DNA of 64,000 nucleotides from Escherichia phage ECML-606-1: sequence record OL631484.1; one strand, 5' to 3'. Shown piece by piece: positions 55,718 to 64,000 of this stretch (position 1 is its first letter; each line of letters starts with the position of its first letter). The notes under the pieces were generated by a model. It saw only the letters and a program-made list of their open reading frames with translations, ran no database searches and was not told where the DNA came from. The position numbers and the translations under genes were made by a program.

Positions 55718-56083
55718 TCAACGGGTCGGCACCACTTCTACACCACCGTTGTAGTAGTCGCAGCGCACCCACATCTGAACATCCGGCCTGAACCGCGTCG
55801 GGCGCTGGGTTCGCCATCCCTGCCACGCCCCTGACTCACCTTTTGCGTAAATTTCCAGCTGCCCTACTTCAACCGTTGGCAGGTCACAGGCACGCATCCA
55901 GCGATAGTGTGGTTTGGTGCGACGAAGTGCCGGGCCGACCGCAGTATGCCAGTGGCGCAGCTGTGCCTCTGTCAGATGCTCAGGCCAGCGTGGCAAATCG
56001 GAATTCAGATGCTGAGGGTCAATCTGGAACAGGTACGCGTTATACGCTGCCTCGCCCAGAGTCATCGCTTTAGCTCGGCTCAT
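55718..56083 (-). CDS. hypothetical protein
   Basis: ORF in small-gene block; start chosen at internal Met to avoid overlap. Confidence 0.3.
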   Translation of the reverse strand: MSRAKAMTLGEAAYNAYLFQIDPQHLNSDLPRWPEHLTEAQLRHWHTAVGPALRRTKPHYRWMRACDLPTVEVGQLEIYAKGESGAWQGWRTQRPTRFRPDVQMWVRCDYYNGGVEVVPTR

Positions 56084-56084
56084 A

Positions 56085-56393
56085 TCAGTACGTCCTGAAT
56101 CCGTTGCAGTTGCGCAGGAAGTCCACAAAGTCGGCCTTAAACTCTTTGGCCCGGTCGGCTTCGGAACTAAACCAGCCCGGCGTCGGCTCCCACGCTTCGA
56201 TGATGTCAGCCATCTTGCCAGCAGTGCGCGGAGAGACCACCCACGGGTCAGTCGTTTTACGCTGCTCTACCTGCGGCAGCTTCGCCATGCCCGGCAGAAA
56301 TACCAGCGTCCACCATGTCCCGTTTGCGATTCCATAGCCCGGCAGACGGTTCGGGTCGCCTTTACGGCGGCGATCTTCAATCTCGATACTCAT
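56085..56393 (-). CDS. hypothetical protein
   Basis: 102-aa ORF, Trp-rich. Confidence 0.3.
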   Translation of the reverse strand: MSIEIEDRRRKGDPNRLPGYGIANGTWWTLVFLPGMAKLPQVEQRKTTDPWVVSPRTAGKMADIIEAWEPTPGWFSSEADRAKEFKADFVDFLRNCNGFRTY

Positions 56394-56686
56394 ACAGATT
56401 TATCCCCCGTGTAATCAGCCACTACCTTCCCGTTGTTGTCGAAATACTTGATCTGATACATCGGGTGGCAATTGTGTTTGTGCTTCCCATATTTCAGCTG
56501 GTTGGCAAATACCACATCCAGATTCGCGCTGCCGTTCACCCCGGCGATGGTACCGATATCGCCCTGCACCTCAACCATCATCCCCAGCTTGGCAAACGTG
56601 ATCCCACGAGTGCGGGCCATGCCTTCTTCGAACTGCTTCGCCTTATTCACCATCATCCTGCTCCTTTGCTGGTTCGCGCAGGGCAC
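56390..56686 (-). CDS. hypothetical protein
   Basis: 98-aa ORF overlapping neighbours by 4 nt (operon-like). Confidence 0.3.
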   Translation of the reverse strand: MPCANQQRSRMMVNKAKQFEEGMARTRGITFAKLGMMVEVQGDIGTIAGVNGSANLDVVFANQLKYGKHKHNCHPMYQIKYFDNNGKVVADYTGDKSV

Positions 56687-57095
56687 GGGCGTAATGCTCC
56701 GCGCGGGCGCAGATGTTGTTCATGCTGCTGCGCTCTTTGTCGAGCCAGTCAGCCTTGAATGCCGCCTTTTCTCCATCAGGCAGGACGCTCAGGGCTTTCT
56801 CATATGCCCGGCGCTCAGCCATGCTACCGATCAGGAATGACTCGAATACCTCAGCCAGCGCCTCTTTGTCGCACTGTTCAAAGGATTCTCCGACCGTTTT
56901 ACCGAAGGTATTCTGGAAAAACTCCTCGGTGCCGCCAAACAGGAACAGCGGGACTTTGCGCGGCTCAGTCTCGGCATCGAGCTCAGTCGCGCCATATTGA
57001 CCGCCCATGATGCCCACGGCGATAGCCGCAAGCTCATGCGTCGGCGCTTTAAAGGTGATTTTGTCTGACGGGTTGATCAGCTCCCAGAGGATCAT
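56643..57095 (-). CDS. hypothetical protein
   Basis: ORF in small-gene block; start at internal Met MILWELIN. Confidence 0.3.
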   Translation of the reverse strand: MILWELINPSDKITFKAPTHELAAIAVGIMGGQYGATELDAETEPRKVPLFLFGGTEEFFQNTFGKTVGESFEQCDKEALAEVFESFLIGSMAERRAYEKALSVLPDGEKAAFKADWLDKERSSMNNICARAEHYARALREPAKEQDDGE

Positions 57096-57388
57096 GATGC
57101 TGACTCCTCTTTTGGTTTGCCTTCGAATTTCTTGCCGCAGAATGGGCAATAATTCATCGTCATAAACGAACTGCCATCAGTGCAGCGCTGGGCCAGCGAG
57201 CCATCTTTCTTGCGCTTGAGAAAGCGGAAGGTGTAAGGCACGGTGACGCTGGAGTGGTCGCCCTCAGCCAGGACAAACACGCTGTTTGTCCAGTTGGCTT
57301 CTTCGATCTCTCCAATTTGATCGCCAAAGCGCTTGGTCAGGTGCTCTTTGAACTGAGCTCCCAGCTTTTTGAAACAATCACAGGCCAT
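57092..57388 (-). CDS. small zinc-ribbon-like protein
   Basis: CDC...CPFCG cysteine pairs in 98 aa. Confidence 0.3.
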   Translation of the reverse strand: MACDCFKKLGAQFKEHLTKRFGDQIGEIEEANWTNSVFVLAEGDHSSVTVPYTFRFLKRKKDGSLAQRCTDGSSFMTMNYCPFCGKKFEGKPKEESAS

Positions 57389-57524
57389 CAGGAATCCTTT
57401 TAGGGTTGGTTAAATAACCCGTAACGCACCGCGCTACGGGGCTTTATTGCTTGATGCGTGGTTGATGATACGTTATGCGTGACGTAATGCAAGTATTATT
57501 TACGCCACTGCTGACGCATGGAGT

Positions 57525-57546
57525 AAAAAAGGCCCCGTAGGGCCTT
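57525..57546 (-). terminator. intrinsic terminator
   Basis: GGCCC-tacg-GGGCC hairpin followed on minus strand by U6; same hairpin family as at 31.25 and 41.9 kb. Confidence 0.5.
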
Positions 57547-57632
57547 CGCTTATTTACTGTAAACGGGGCTCAGACCATGATCTGAGTGCCCGTGTCCTGC
57601 TCCCCCGGTCGGGGCATTCCATACCGGGGCTT

Positions 57633-59048
57633 TCACTTTGGGGCAGTGGTAGGCTTCGGCTCGACCGACGCTGGTTTGCCTGGCTGATTGCGGATCGTGG
57701 TAGCCAGCGCTCCCGGTCGCGTCGCAAAGTAGGTGTAACGCCATTTCCCGGTCTGGGTCTCCCAGTATTTCACGCGCCAGCCTGAATCCTGATCTTCCCA
57801 CGCCTCAGAGTAATACGCGGGCTTAGAATCGTTATCAGCATTGCGCTGCGCGATAGCTGCGGCCTCTCCGGTCGGCTTCCAGCCGTGCAGGTTGATCTCC
57901 TCACCTCCACGGTTCTGGATATGGCGCTGGTATTCAGCGCGAAGGGTGTCCTCAATTCTCGCCAGCTCAGCGGTTGCCTTACGGCCTGCTGCCGTACAGT
58001 AGAAGTGTGTCAGCTGCTCGAAGCGGTCAAAGCCGTTGGTCATGTTCAGGAACACTTTGGCCTTGCGGTCATACATCAGCTGGAGGTGTGGCTCCATCCA
58101 TCCCTGCGTCGGGCGCTCTTTCATGTGAATGTGATACTCAGCCGTTTCTGTCCGGTCGTGCGGGATCACATCCAGACGGTACAGATAGCCATGACGCCAG
58201 CAGCGCTTGTCTGTACGCAGGGTGCCATCGCTCAGCTCCTCCTCCGCGAGCTCCAGACGTTTCTCGCTGCCCGGCTTCACATCGGACAGGCCCAGCGAAA
58301 CACGGCGGTGGACTTCCGCGATCATGCGCTGCGTCGTGTAATGGGGTTGCAGGGTGATGACCAGACCGCTGATTTTGGCACGCAGCGGGGCCAGCGGGTG
58401 CAAGCGCTTCACCACGTCCTCAATGGTTTCATCGCGCTGCTGCAAATGCAGCTGCCCGGACTCCAGCGGCTCGTAATCATCAGGGGCGGCGTGATCCAGT
58501 GTCAGCGCATCGACGGTCTTACCCTGCACCATACGCATACCACGGCCCAGCTGCGGGGCATGTACTACCTGACTAACAGCCTCTTTCTGCTGCTCGGTCA
58601 GCTCAGGCTCCTCTACCGCGCGGGCCATCAGCTTTTGCAGGTCTGGGGTTGGGTTGGCTGGCGCTTCCAGCACTTCCTGAGGCACGACTGGACGCGTGCC
58701 ACGGCCTGCTAATTGTACCCAAGGCTCACCGCCAGAAGGGAATCGGTCATTCAGATTGAGCACGTACTCAGCGTGGGCGAAGGCATCAGCCAGAGTCATC
58801 ACCGGATCGATGTGAATGGTCTTGCCGTCATAAATCAGGTCAATGGGTTGGTTTGCAGCGACGGCACGGCCTACGGCGTTCAGGAGCGCTTCACCTTCTG
58901 CGGCGTGGAGTTGAGGCACTTCTTGCTGCTGGGCTTTTACCATTTCCAGACAGGACATAAACGACTCAGCTTTTGCCTCAGTAAACTTCTCATTGTGCAG
59001 GGCGTTAAATACAGCAACAGCGCGGGCAATAACGGATAATTTCGACAT
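57633..59048 (-). CDS. hypothetical protein (471 aa)
   Basis: Large ORF with RBS AAGGA; no motif recognised by eye. Confidence 0.4.
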   Translation of the reverse strand: MSKLSVIARAVAVFNALHNEKFTEAKAESFMSCLEMVKAQQQEVPQLHAAEGEALLNAVGRAVAANQPIDLIYDGKTIHIDPVMTLADAFAHAEYVLNLNDRFPSGGEPWVQLAGRGTRPVVPQEVLEAPANPTPDLQKLMARAVEEPELTEQQKEAVSQVVHAPQLGRGMRMVQGKTVDALTLDHAAPDDYEPLESGQLHLQQRDETIEDVVKRLHPLAPLRAKISGLVITLQPHYTTQRMIAEVHRRVSLGLSDVKPGSEKRLELAEEELSDGTLRTDKRCWRHGYLYRLDVIPHDRTETAEYHIHMKERPTQGWMEPHLQLMYDRKAKVFLNMTNGFDRFEQLTHFYCTAAGRKATAELARIEDTLRAEYQRHIQNRGGEEINLHGWKPTGEAAAIAQRNADNDSKPAYYSEAWEDQDSGWRVKYWETQTGKWRYTYFATRPGALATTIRNQPGKPASVEPKPTTAPK

Positions 59049-59067
59049 TAAAGCATCCTTTGTTCAA

Positions 59068-59469
59068 TTAATTTTCTTGAAACAGCTTGTTGATTTCCAG
59101 CATTGCGGTACGGATAAAATCGCAATGCGCTTTATTTCTTACCAGACTGACGTTATTTTGACGCTCTAACTTTTTGGCTACCTCCATCACTAATTTCAGG
59201 CTTTCAACGTTTGCGTTAATCTCGCATTCACGTTCTGCGGTGATCTCTGCCCACTTCTGGCCTACCGGGCGAACATGACGGCGCTCATAACGGTTTCCGC
59301 CCTCATACTCCCCGTTATGTTTGTAAAACTTCACGCCAGCCACGACGAACGTGTTTTTATAGACACGATCAACGTTTATTTTGCGGTACACGTTGAATGT
59401 GTGTGAGCCGGGAACATCCACGCGCTCAGTAATTAAAACAACATCACCTTTCTTAACATTCTCGAACAT
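59068..59469 (-). CDS. hypothetical protein
   Basis: 133-aa ORF whose ATG abuts hairpin-U7. Confidence 0.35.
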   Translation of the reverse strand: MFENVKKGDVVLITERVDVPGSHTFNVYRKINVDRVYKNTFVVAGVKFYKHNGEYEGGNRYERRHVRPVGQKWAEITAERECEINANVESLKLVMEVAKKLERQNNVSLVRNKAHCDFIRTAMLEINKLFQEN

Positions 59470-59498
59470 AAAAAAAGTCCTCCGCTTGTGGGGAGGAC
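59470..59498 (-). terminator. hairpin plus U-run abutting downstream start codon
   Basis: GTCCTCC-ccacaagc-GGAGGAC then U7 then ATG on minus strand. Confidence 0.4.
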
Positions 59499-59551
59499 TT
59501 TAGCGCGTTATCTTTTTTGACGCAAGAATTATTTACGGCATACGTGACGCA

Positions 59552-61063
59552 TCAAAAGGCATCGTCATCTTCATCAGGATCCGGCAGGTGCCGATCCTCG
59601 GTCTCCTCCGGGAATTCCTCTCCGGTGTAGAAGTGGACGGCCTTACGCCCGGTCAGGTTCTGCCAGCGACGAATCGCCACATCAGCAAAGCCCAGATCGA
59701 GCTCCATCACGCGTGCGCATACGCCCATTCGCTCGGCGGCCACCAGTGAAGTACCAGAGCCGGAGAAGGGATCCACCATGATGTCATTCAGGCGCACGGT
59801 GTTCTTCATCATGCGCTCCCACAGCTCCACGGGCTTCTGCGTCGGGTGCAGGTCGCTGCGGTCAGGACGCGGCACGCTGACCACGCTGCCCAGCATTGAC
59901 TCCACCTTGGCGTCGCCTTCCACCCGCATGATGAGATCGCCGTACTGGAAATACCAGTTACCCTCGGCATCCTGTTTGAATGGGCTTGAGTCGCCAAACT
60001 CCGCGACGGTCGTTTGCTTCCTGCCACCGTGCCAGCGGTGCTTGGCACCCTTGCGCCAGCCGTACAGGATTGGTTCATGGATGCTTTGGAAGTCAGCCAT
60101 GCCCAGTGTCATGCTGTTCTTCTTCCAGATGACATTCTGGGAGAAGTGGAAACCGACCTTTTCAAACGCCCAGCGCAGGCCATGGGCCATCTTGTCGGAG
60201 TGGCTGATATAGGTCACGCCGCCCGGCTGCATCGCGTCATAGGCGCAGCTCAGGACATTGACGAGGAACTGATTAAAGTCCTCCTCGTTTTTCCAGTCGT
60301 TAGCGATCCCGCCAGTGCGCGAGCGCTCGCCTCCGATGGCCTTATCCATGCGCTTATTCTTCTTGCCCACATCGACGTTATACGGGGGATCGGTCAGCAT
60401 CATGTTGGCCTTCTCGCCCTGCATCAGCGCCAGCCAGCTTTCCGGCTGCTCAGCATCGCCAACATACAGGCGATGAGCGCCCAGCACCCACAAGTCGCCC
60501 GGACGGCTCTTTGGCTCGTCAGGAAGCGGTGGCGCATCATCGGGATCGCTGTCACCTCCTCCTCCCTCCATCGGCGGCAGCTTCATGATCTCGTCCAGCT
60601 GCTCAGGGTCGAAGCCGATAACATCCAGATCGTAGTCCAGATCAGCCAGGGCATTCATTTCGATGCGCAGCATGTCCATGTTCCACTCGGACGCCCGGCC
60701 CAGCTGGTTATCCGCGATGATGTACGCGCGGCGCTTAGCCTCATCCCAGCCAGTGCAGTCCAGCGTCGGCACCATGCCAATAGGGATCGGTGTGCCATCC
60801 GGGAAAGCAATTTGCTTGCCCTCGCTGTACAGCTTCATCGCTGCCAGCTGGCGTCCATGGCCTGCCACAATCCCTTGCTCATCGACGAGGATGGCGTTAG
60901 TCCACCCGAATTCAAGCATTGACGCGGCGACCTTCTGGACGTGCGCCGGGCTATGGTCGTTTGAGTTGTTCACGTAGGGGATGAGGCTATCAACCGGGCG
61001 CAGCCGGATCATCGGGGGGATCACGTCCAGCCCCAACATCTTGTTAAAATCTTTATCAGCCAC
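59552..61063 (-). CDS. DNA methyltransferase (DPPY-type N6-adenine/N4-cytosine) fused to N-terminal ParB-like nuclease domain
   Basis: N-terminal ParB/Srx-like region, catalytic TDPPYN motif, HPTQKP and SAM-binding DPFSGSGT motifs. Confidence 0.75.
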   Translation of the reverse strand: MADKDFNKMLGLDVIPPMIRLRPVDSLIPYVNNSNDHSPAHVQKVAASMLEFGWTNAILVDEQGIVAGHGRQLAAMKLYSEGKQIAFPDGTPIPIGMVPTLDCTGWDEAKRRAYIIADNQLGRASEWNMDMLRIEMNALADLDYDLDVIGFDPEQLDEIMKLPPMEGGGGDSDPDDAPPLPDEPKSRPGDLWVLGAHRLYVGDAEQPESWLALMQGEKANMMLTDPPYNVDVGKKNKRMDKAIGGERSRTGGIANDWKNEEDFNQFLVNVLSCAYDAMQPGGVTYISHSDKMAHGLRWAFEKVGFHFSQNVIWKKNSMTLGMADFQSIHEPILYGWRKGAKHRWHGGRKQTTVAEFGDSSPFKQDAEGNWYFQYGDLIMRVEGDAKVESMLGSVVSVPRPDRSDLHPTQKPVELWERMMKNTVRLNDIMVDPFSGSGTSLVAAERMGVCARVMELDLGFADVAIRRWQNLTGRKAVHFYTGEEFPEETEDRHLPDPDEDDDAF

Positions 61064-61598
61064 GTTCGATCACCACTCTAATGTTGGTTTCATTGCCATT
61101 GCCCTTATCCAGCCCCCACGCCTTACGCTCCCCGTTCTGGGTATTGGTCAGCGTTTCGGAGGTGATTTTGGCGAGTTTAGCCAGATCAAAGTTTTTGTCT
61201 TTGATGGCCTGATAGGCGAGGGTGCGCGGGTAGTCCCATTCCTTCTGGTGCTTCTCCAGCAGGTTGGCGCGAGCCAGCGCAGCGAACTCGGCGGTAATCT
61301 CATCCGCCAGCGCGTTGAGCTCGTCCTCAGTGACTACGCCCAGTTTGGCCCGGCGCTTCTTGAACTCCTCCAGCGCCTCTTTGCTCATCCCGCTCAGGTT
61401 GGGATCCTGCTTGCACCAGCCCTCCACGCGGACTTTGCCAGAAATGGTGTCAGGCGCTACGTTAAATTCCTTGGCGAGAAGCGACGGCGTGGCTTCCGGG
61501 TCACTCTCGTAACGGATCCGCAGTGCCGTCCATGCCTCTGCCGACAGCTTGACGCGAGGCTTACGCCCCGTGGCTTTTGTCTTGCGTGGCGTCACCAT
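61056..61598 (-). CDS. putative DNA-binding protein (HTH; possible small terminase-like or regulator)
   Basis: Basic N-terminus (RKTKATGRKPR) and HTH-like segment SLLAKEFNVAPDTISGKV. Confidence 0.35.
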   Translation of the reverse strand: MVTPRKTKATGRKPRVKLSAEAWTALRIRYESDPEATPSLLAKEFNVAPDTISGKVRVEGWCKQDPNLSGMSKEALEEFKKRRAKLGVVTEDELNALADEITAEFAALARANLLEKHQKEWDYPRTLAYQAIKDKNFDLAKLAKITSETLTNTQNGERKAWGLDKGNGNETNIRVVIERG

Positions 61599-61633
61599 GA
61601 TTTCCTCCTTTAGCGCCGTCCTTGGCGCGGGTG

Positions 61634-61879
61634 TTAATGACTGGTTTCCTGACGTTTCTTTTCCTCTGCGGTGCAGAGGTCAAGCAGCGTCTGCGAGTGG
61701 GCAGCGAAAGACTGCGCCAGCGTTGAGAGGCTGTTTCTCAGGTTGTGCATGTTGCGATCATCGGCCTGCACGGCTACATGCGTCAGATGAGCAGCGGTGT
61801 TTGCACTGTCCTTTGCCAGCTCCAGCAGGCTTGGGATCGGTGTGAACATCGAACAATTCAGCATCGAGGTTTCGGACAT
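61634..61879 (-). CDS. hypothetical small protein
   Basis: ORF overlapping 61758-62162 ORF in another frame; one of the two starts is likely wrong. Confidence 0.25.
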   Translation of the reverse strand: MSETSMLNCSMFTPIPSLLELAKDSANTAAHLTHVAVQADDRNMHNLRNSLSTLAQSFAAHSQTLLDLCTAEEKKRQETSH

Positions 61880-62162
61880 TTGGGGTCTCCTTGCGGACGA
61901 ATAACTGGTGGAATCGTGCGGGCTGCAACAGGAGTGTGCCGCCTCGCGGTGCGGTAACGAGGTATTGCCCGGCCTGCGGGCGCATCAGGGTGGCCCACTC
62001 AGGATTCACTACCAGCGGCGCGATATCCTCATGGAACACGATGACCATGCCTGCGGTCGGGTGCAATTTCATATCCCGGATGCGGTGCGCTGTCACCATG
62101 GGCAGCTGGTACGGCACGCGGGGGCGATAATGGCTCAGGCCAAACGGGCTATTCTTCTGCAT
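61758..62162 (-). CDS. hypothetical protein
   Basis: 134-aa ORF; C-terminal third overlaps neighbouring ORF. Confidence 0.25.
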   Translation of the reverse strand: MQKNSPFGLSHYRPRVPYQLPMVTAHRIRDMKLHPTAGMVIVFHEDIAPLVVNPEWATLMRPQAGQYLVTAPRGGTLLLQPARFHQLFVRKETPNVRNLDAELFDVHTDPKPAGAGKGQCKHRCSSDACSRAGR

Positions 62163-62550
62163 GACTTCCTACCCATCCAAACGGGGTTTTCACATAGCCA
62201 GCCGCAATCATGGAGGCGTCTGACAGCTCTTTGAGGCGGGCGTACAGCTCCGGCGCTTTCCCATCCGCGTTTCGCTTTCCGCGCTCGTACAGCAGGCAGA
62301 GATCTTCCCACTCATCCAGATAAGGCGCGATGCGCGGGCAGTTGGCTTTCATCTGCGGGAAGTAACCGCGCAGCTCAGGCACGGCTTTGATGAGGCGATA
62401 GCAGCGACCGAAGTCACTGGCATCATGCGGGATGTCGCCACCTTTCAGCGGGCGCAGGGCGGCTTTCAGCATGGTTTTCGATGATGCCCCGGTGTCGCTG
62501 CTCAGCGACCACTCCAGCATTTTAAACATCATATCGACGGGCATGGTCAT
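62149..62550 (-). CDS. hypothetical protein
   Basis: 133-aa ORF in co-oriented early block. Confidence 0.3.
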   Translation of the reverse strand: MTMPVDMMFKMLEWSLSSDTGASSKTMLKAALRPLKGGDIPHDASDFGRCYRLIKAVPELRGYFPQMKANCPRIAPYLDEWEDLCLLYERGKRNADGKAPELYARLKELSDASMIAAGYVKTPFGWVGSHAEE

Positions 62551-62846
62551 GCGCCGGGCCCTCCAGCAACGTGACGCGCCGGGCCATCCTCAGGCCATCC
62601 GCCATCAACGGGCGCTGGAATGGCTTTCGGGTATTGTACGGTGTCATTGTCATCGCGCAGGCAGGAGATCGCCCGGTTGTTCGCTGTCCAGCAGGTTACG
62701 CCCAGCTCGCTGTCATGGATTCTGGTAATGACACTGGAGAGCACCTTTACGTTTGCGCGGGTACTATCCTCGGCAGGGTTCTGATCGTAGCAGGAGGCGA
62801 CCAGAAACGGCACCAGCGCGGCGATCAGCAGTTTGGCCTTCATCAT
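62547..62846 (-). CDS. putative lipoprotein
   Basis: Signal peptide with lipobox LVASC. Confidence 0.4.
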   Translation of the reverse strand: MMKAKLLIAALVPFLVASCYDQNPAEDSTRANVKVLSSVITRIHDSELGVTCWTANNRAISCLRDDNDTVQYPKAIPAPVDGGWPEDGPARHVAGGPGA

Positions 62847-62918
62847 TGGGTTGTCCTTGTTAAAAAGCGCTCAGAGAGCGTCTGAGCGCGTTATGGTTGA
62901 TTCTATTCTTTTTTGCGA

Positions 62919-63791
62919 CTACTCGCCAGAGCTAGGGCAGACGTGAACCGAATCACTGGCGTAGCACAGCAGGCATTTCGGGCAGTGCATCACATGGGAT
63001 GTCTTATGGCTAACCAATGGCACCGCGCAGGTGTGAGGTGTCCCTGCTTGGTAAACAGCTCCACAGTGCTTGCAGCTTTCTGTGTGAACTGATCCCTGCC
63101 AGTGTTGCAGGTTGTTGTTTGGGTTCCACGGGCTCTTTGGATCCTTCCAGTCGAATGGCGTAACGAACTCGCCGGGGCGCAGCTCAACAGCGTTTTTCGG
63201 TGCCTGATTTCCCCAGCTATCCCATCCCGGATAAGCGTCGCGCGCGAACAGCTCAATGCGCGGCACATCGCCGTATAGCTCCTCGATGCGGTGGAAAATC
63301 TCTTTCGGCTTCTGGGAGTGCTCGCCCAGACAGGAGAAGATGATCTGGCGCACGCCGTTACTGACGCGCTCCAGACCTTTCCCGCGCACGGCGATCAGGC
63401 AGTCCTCGGAGTTGGCCCGGCTGTAGTTGCCACCGTTGATTTTTACCTCGGAATTCAGGAAGTCCAGCATGTCCTCCCAGTCGAAGAATTCCGACTTGTC
63501 CAGCTTGCGGTTGAAGCGCTCCCCAGCGTTCTTGTTGAACTTCACCCACGTAAAGCCCTTCATGGTGCGCACATCGAAGCCCCACGCCTCAGCCAGCGCG
63601 ATAGCCTCCTGCGCGTGGGTGGAGGTGTACCACATAATCAGCACAGCATCGTCATCAGCCAGCGACCAGACCGGGAGGCGCTTGATGTCCTCTTTCTTCA
63701 TGGTCAGGTAGTGGTTTTCAGCGGCACCGTTGCTGATTGTGTTGTCGTAGTGCCATGGCGGATCAGCCAGGATAACTTTGTACTTAGCCAT
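62919..63791 (-). CDS. MT-A70-family DNA adenine methyltransferase with Cys/His-rich C-terminal tail
   Basis: ILADPPW catalytic motif near N-terminus; C-terminal CKHCG...CPKCLLC...HVCP cysteine clusters. Confidence 0.7.
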   Translation of the reverse strand: MAKYKVILADPPWHYDNTISNGAAENHYLTMKKEDIKRLPVWSLADDDAVLIMWYTSTHAQEAIALAEAWGFDVRTMKGFTWVKFNKNAGERFNRKLDKSEFFDWEDMLDFLNSEVKINGGNYSRANSEDCLIAVRGKGLERVSNGVRQIIFSCLGEHSQKPKEIFHRIEELYGDVPRIELFARDAYPGWDSWGNQAPKNAVELRPGEFVTPFDWKDPKSPWNPNNNLQHWQGSVHTESCKHCGAVYQAGTPHTCAVPLVSHKTSHVMHCPKCLLCYASDSVHVCPSSGE

Positions 63792-64000
63792 GAGGCTTCT
63801 CCTGATTGGTGGCGTCCAGCGCGATTTCCAGCGCTGCCATTGTTTCTTGCTTGGTCATATCCCCACGCTTCCCGGTGAAGACGGCAAGCACGTTATGCGC
63901 AGCCTCGCGCAGGTTATCGACGTATGTCACCAGCGAGCCCCCCTCAGGGATGCCGCACTCCTCGACCAGCTGATAATAAATATCACCAGCGGCGCGGTAA
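63781..64000 (-). CDS. hypothetical protein, 3' portion only (start beyond window end)
   Basis: Minus-strand frame open from window edge, ending ...EKPHG with stop overlapping the ATG of the MT-A70 gene. Confidence 0.3.

Noticed and set aside
57550-57801. 83-aa minus-strand ORF overlapping the 3' end of the 471-aa gene
   Set aside because: Alternative-frame overlap with a longer, better-supported ORF; region downstream contains terminator-like hairpins
59778-60922. Plus-strand ORFs (144 and 302 aa) inside the ParB-MTase gene
   Set aside because: Antisense to a gene with clear methyltransferase motifs; no supporting features
1-64000. CRISPR array, integrase/attachment site, rRNA or host housekeeping genes
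   Set aside because: No direct-repeat/spacer periodicity, no tyrosine/serine recombinase motifs and no ribosomal RNA-like sequence were seen; the window appears to be entirely phage-type genes

Overview
This 64-kb window reads as a large contiguous stretch of a contractile-tailed dsDNA phage genome (or an internal part of a prophage); I saw no integrase, rRNA, CRISPR array or obvious host housekeeping gene. From left to right: a + strand recombination/replication module at 1-5093 (PD-(D/E)XK nuclease, SbcC-like ATPase, SSB/annealing-type protein, HU, Dda/RecD-like helicase); a - strand lysis cassette at 5094-7513 (holin, transglycosylase endolysin, two extra membrane proteins, i-/o-spanins); a long - strand virion module at 7571-37678 (tail fiber A, baseplate, spike, tape measure, frameshift-type chaperones, tube, sheath, neck, capsid, scaffold, MuF-like protein, portal) interrupted by one + strand gene at 27278-28147; a + strand island at 37.7-39.3 kb with a promoter, two tRNA-like elements, tRNA-Asn(GUU), a terminator and a His/Ser-rich small protein; an N-terminally extended GpA-family large terminase; a second, mosaic tail fiber B; a Nudix hydrolase; a 2257-aa giant protein with a C-terminal ADP-ribosyltransferase-like domain; and a block of about 14 small unknown genes plus two DNA methyltransferases (ParB-domain MTase and MT-A70). 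The most notable candidate is the giant multidomain ART-type putative ejected effector with its Nudix neighbour. Other points of interest are a recurring GTCGTGAYG motif upstream of at least seven late genes, duplicated S74-chaperone tail fibers, tRNA-like fragments, and several compact hairpin-U-run-ATG junctions. All calls rest on reading the sequence and the supplied ORF translations; no database search was run. Coordinates of non-ORF features are approximate (about +/-2 nt).
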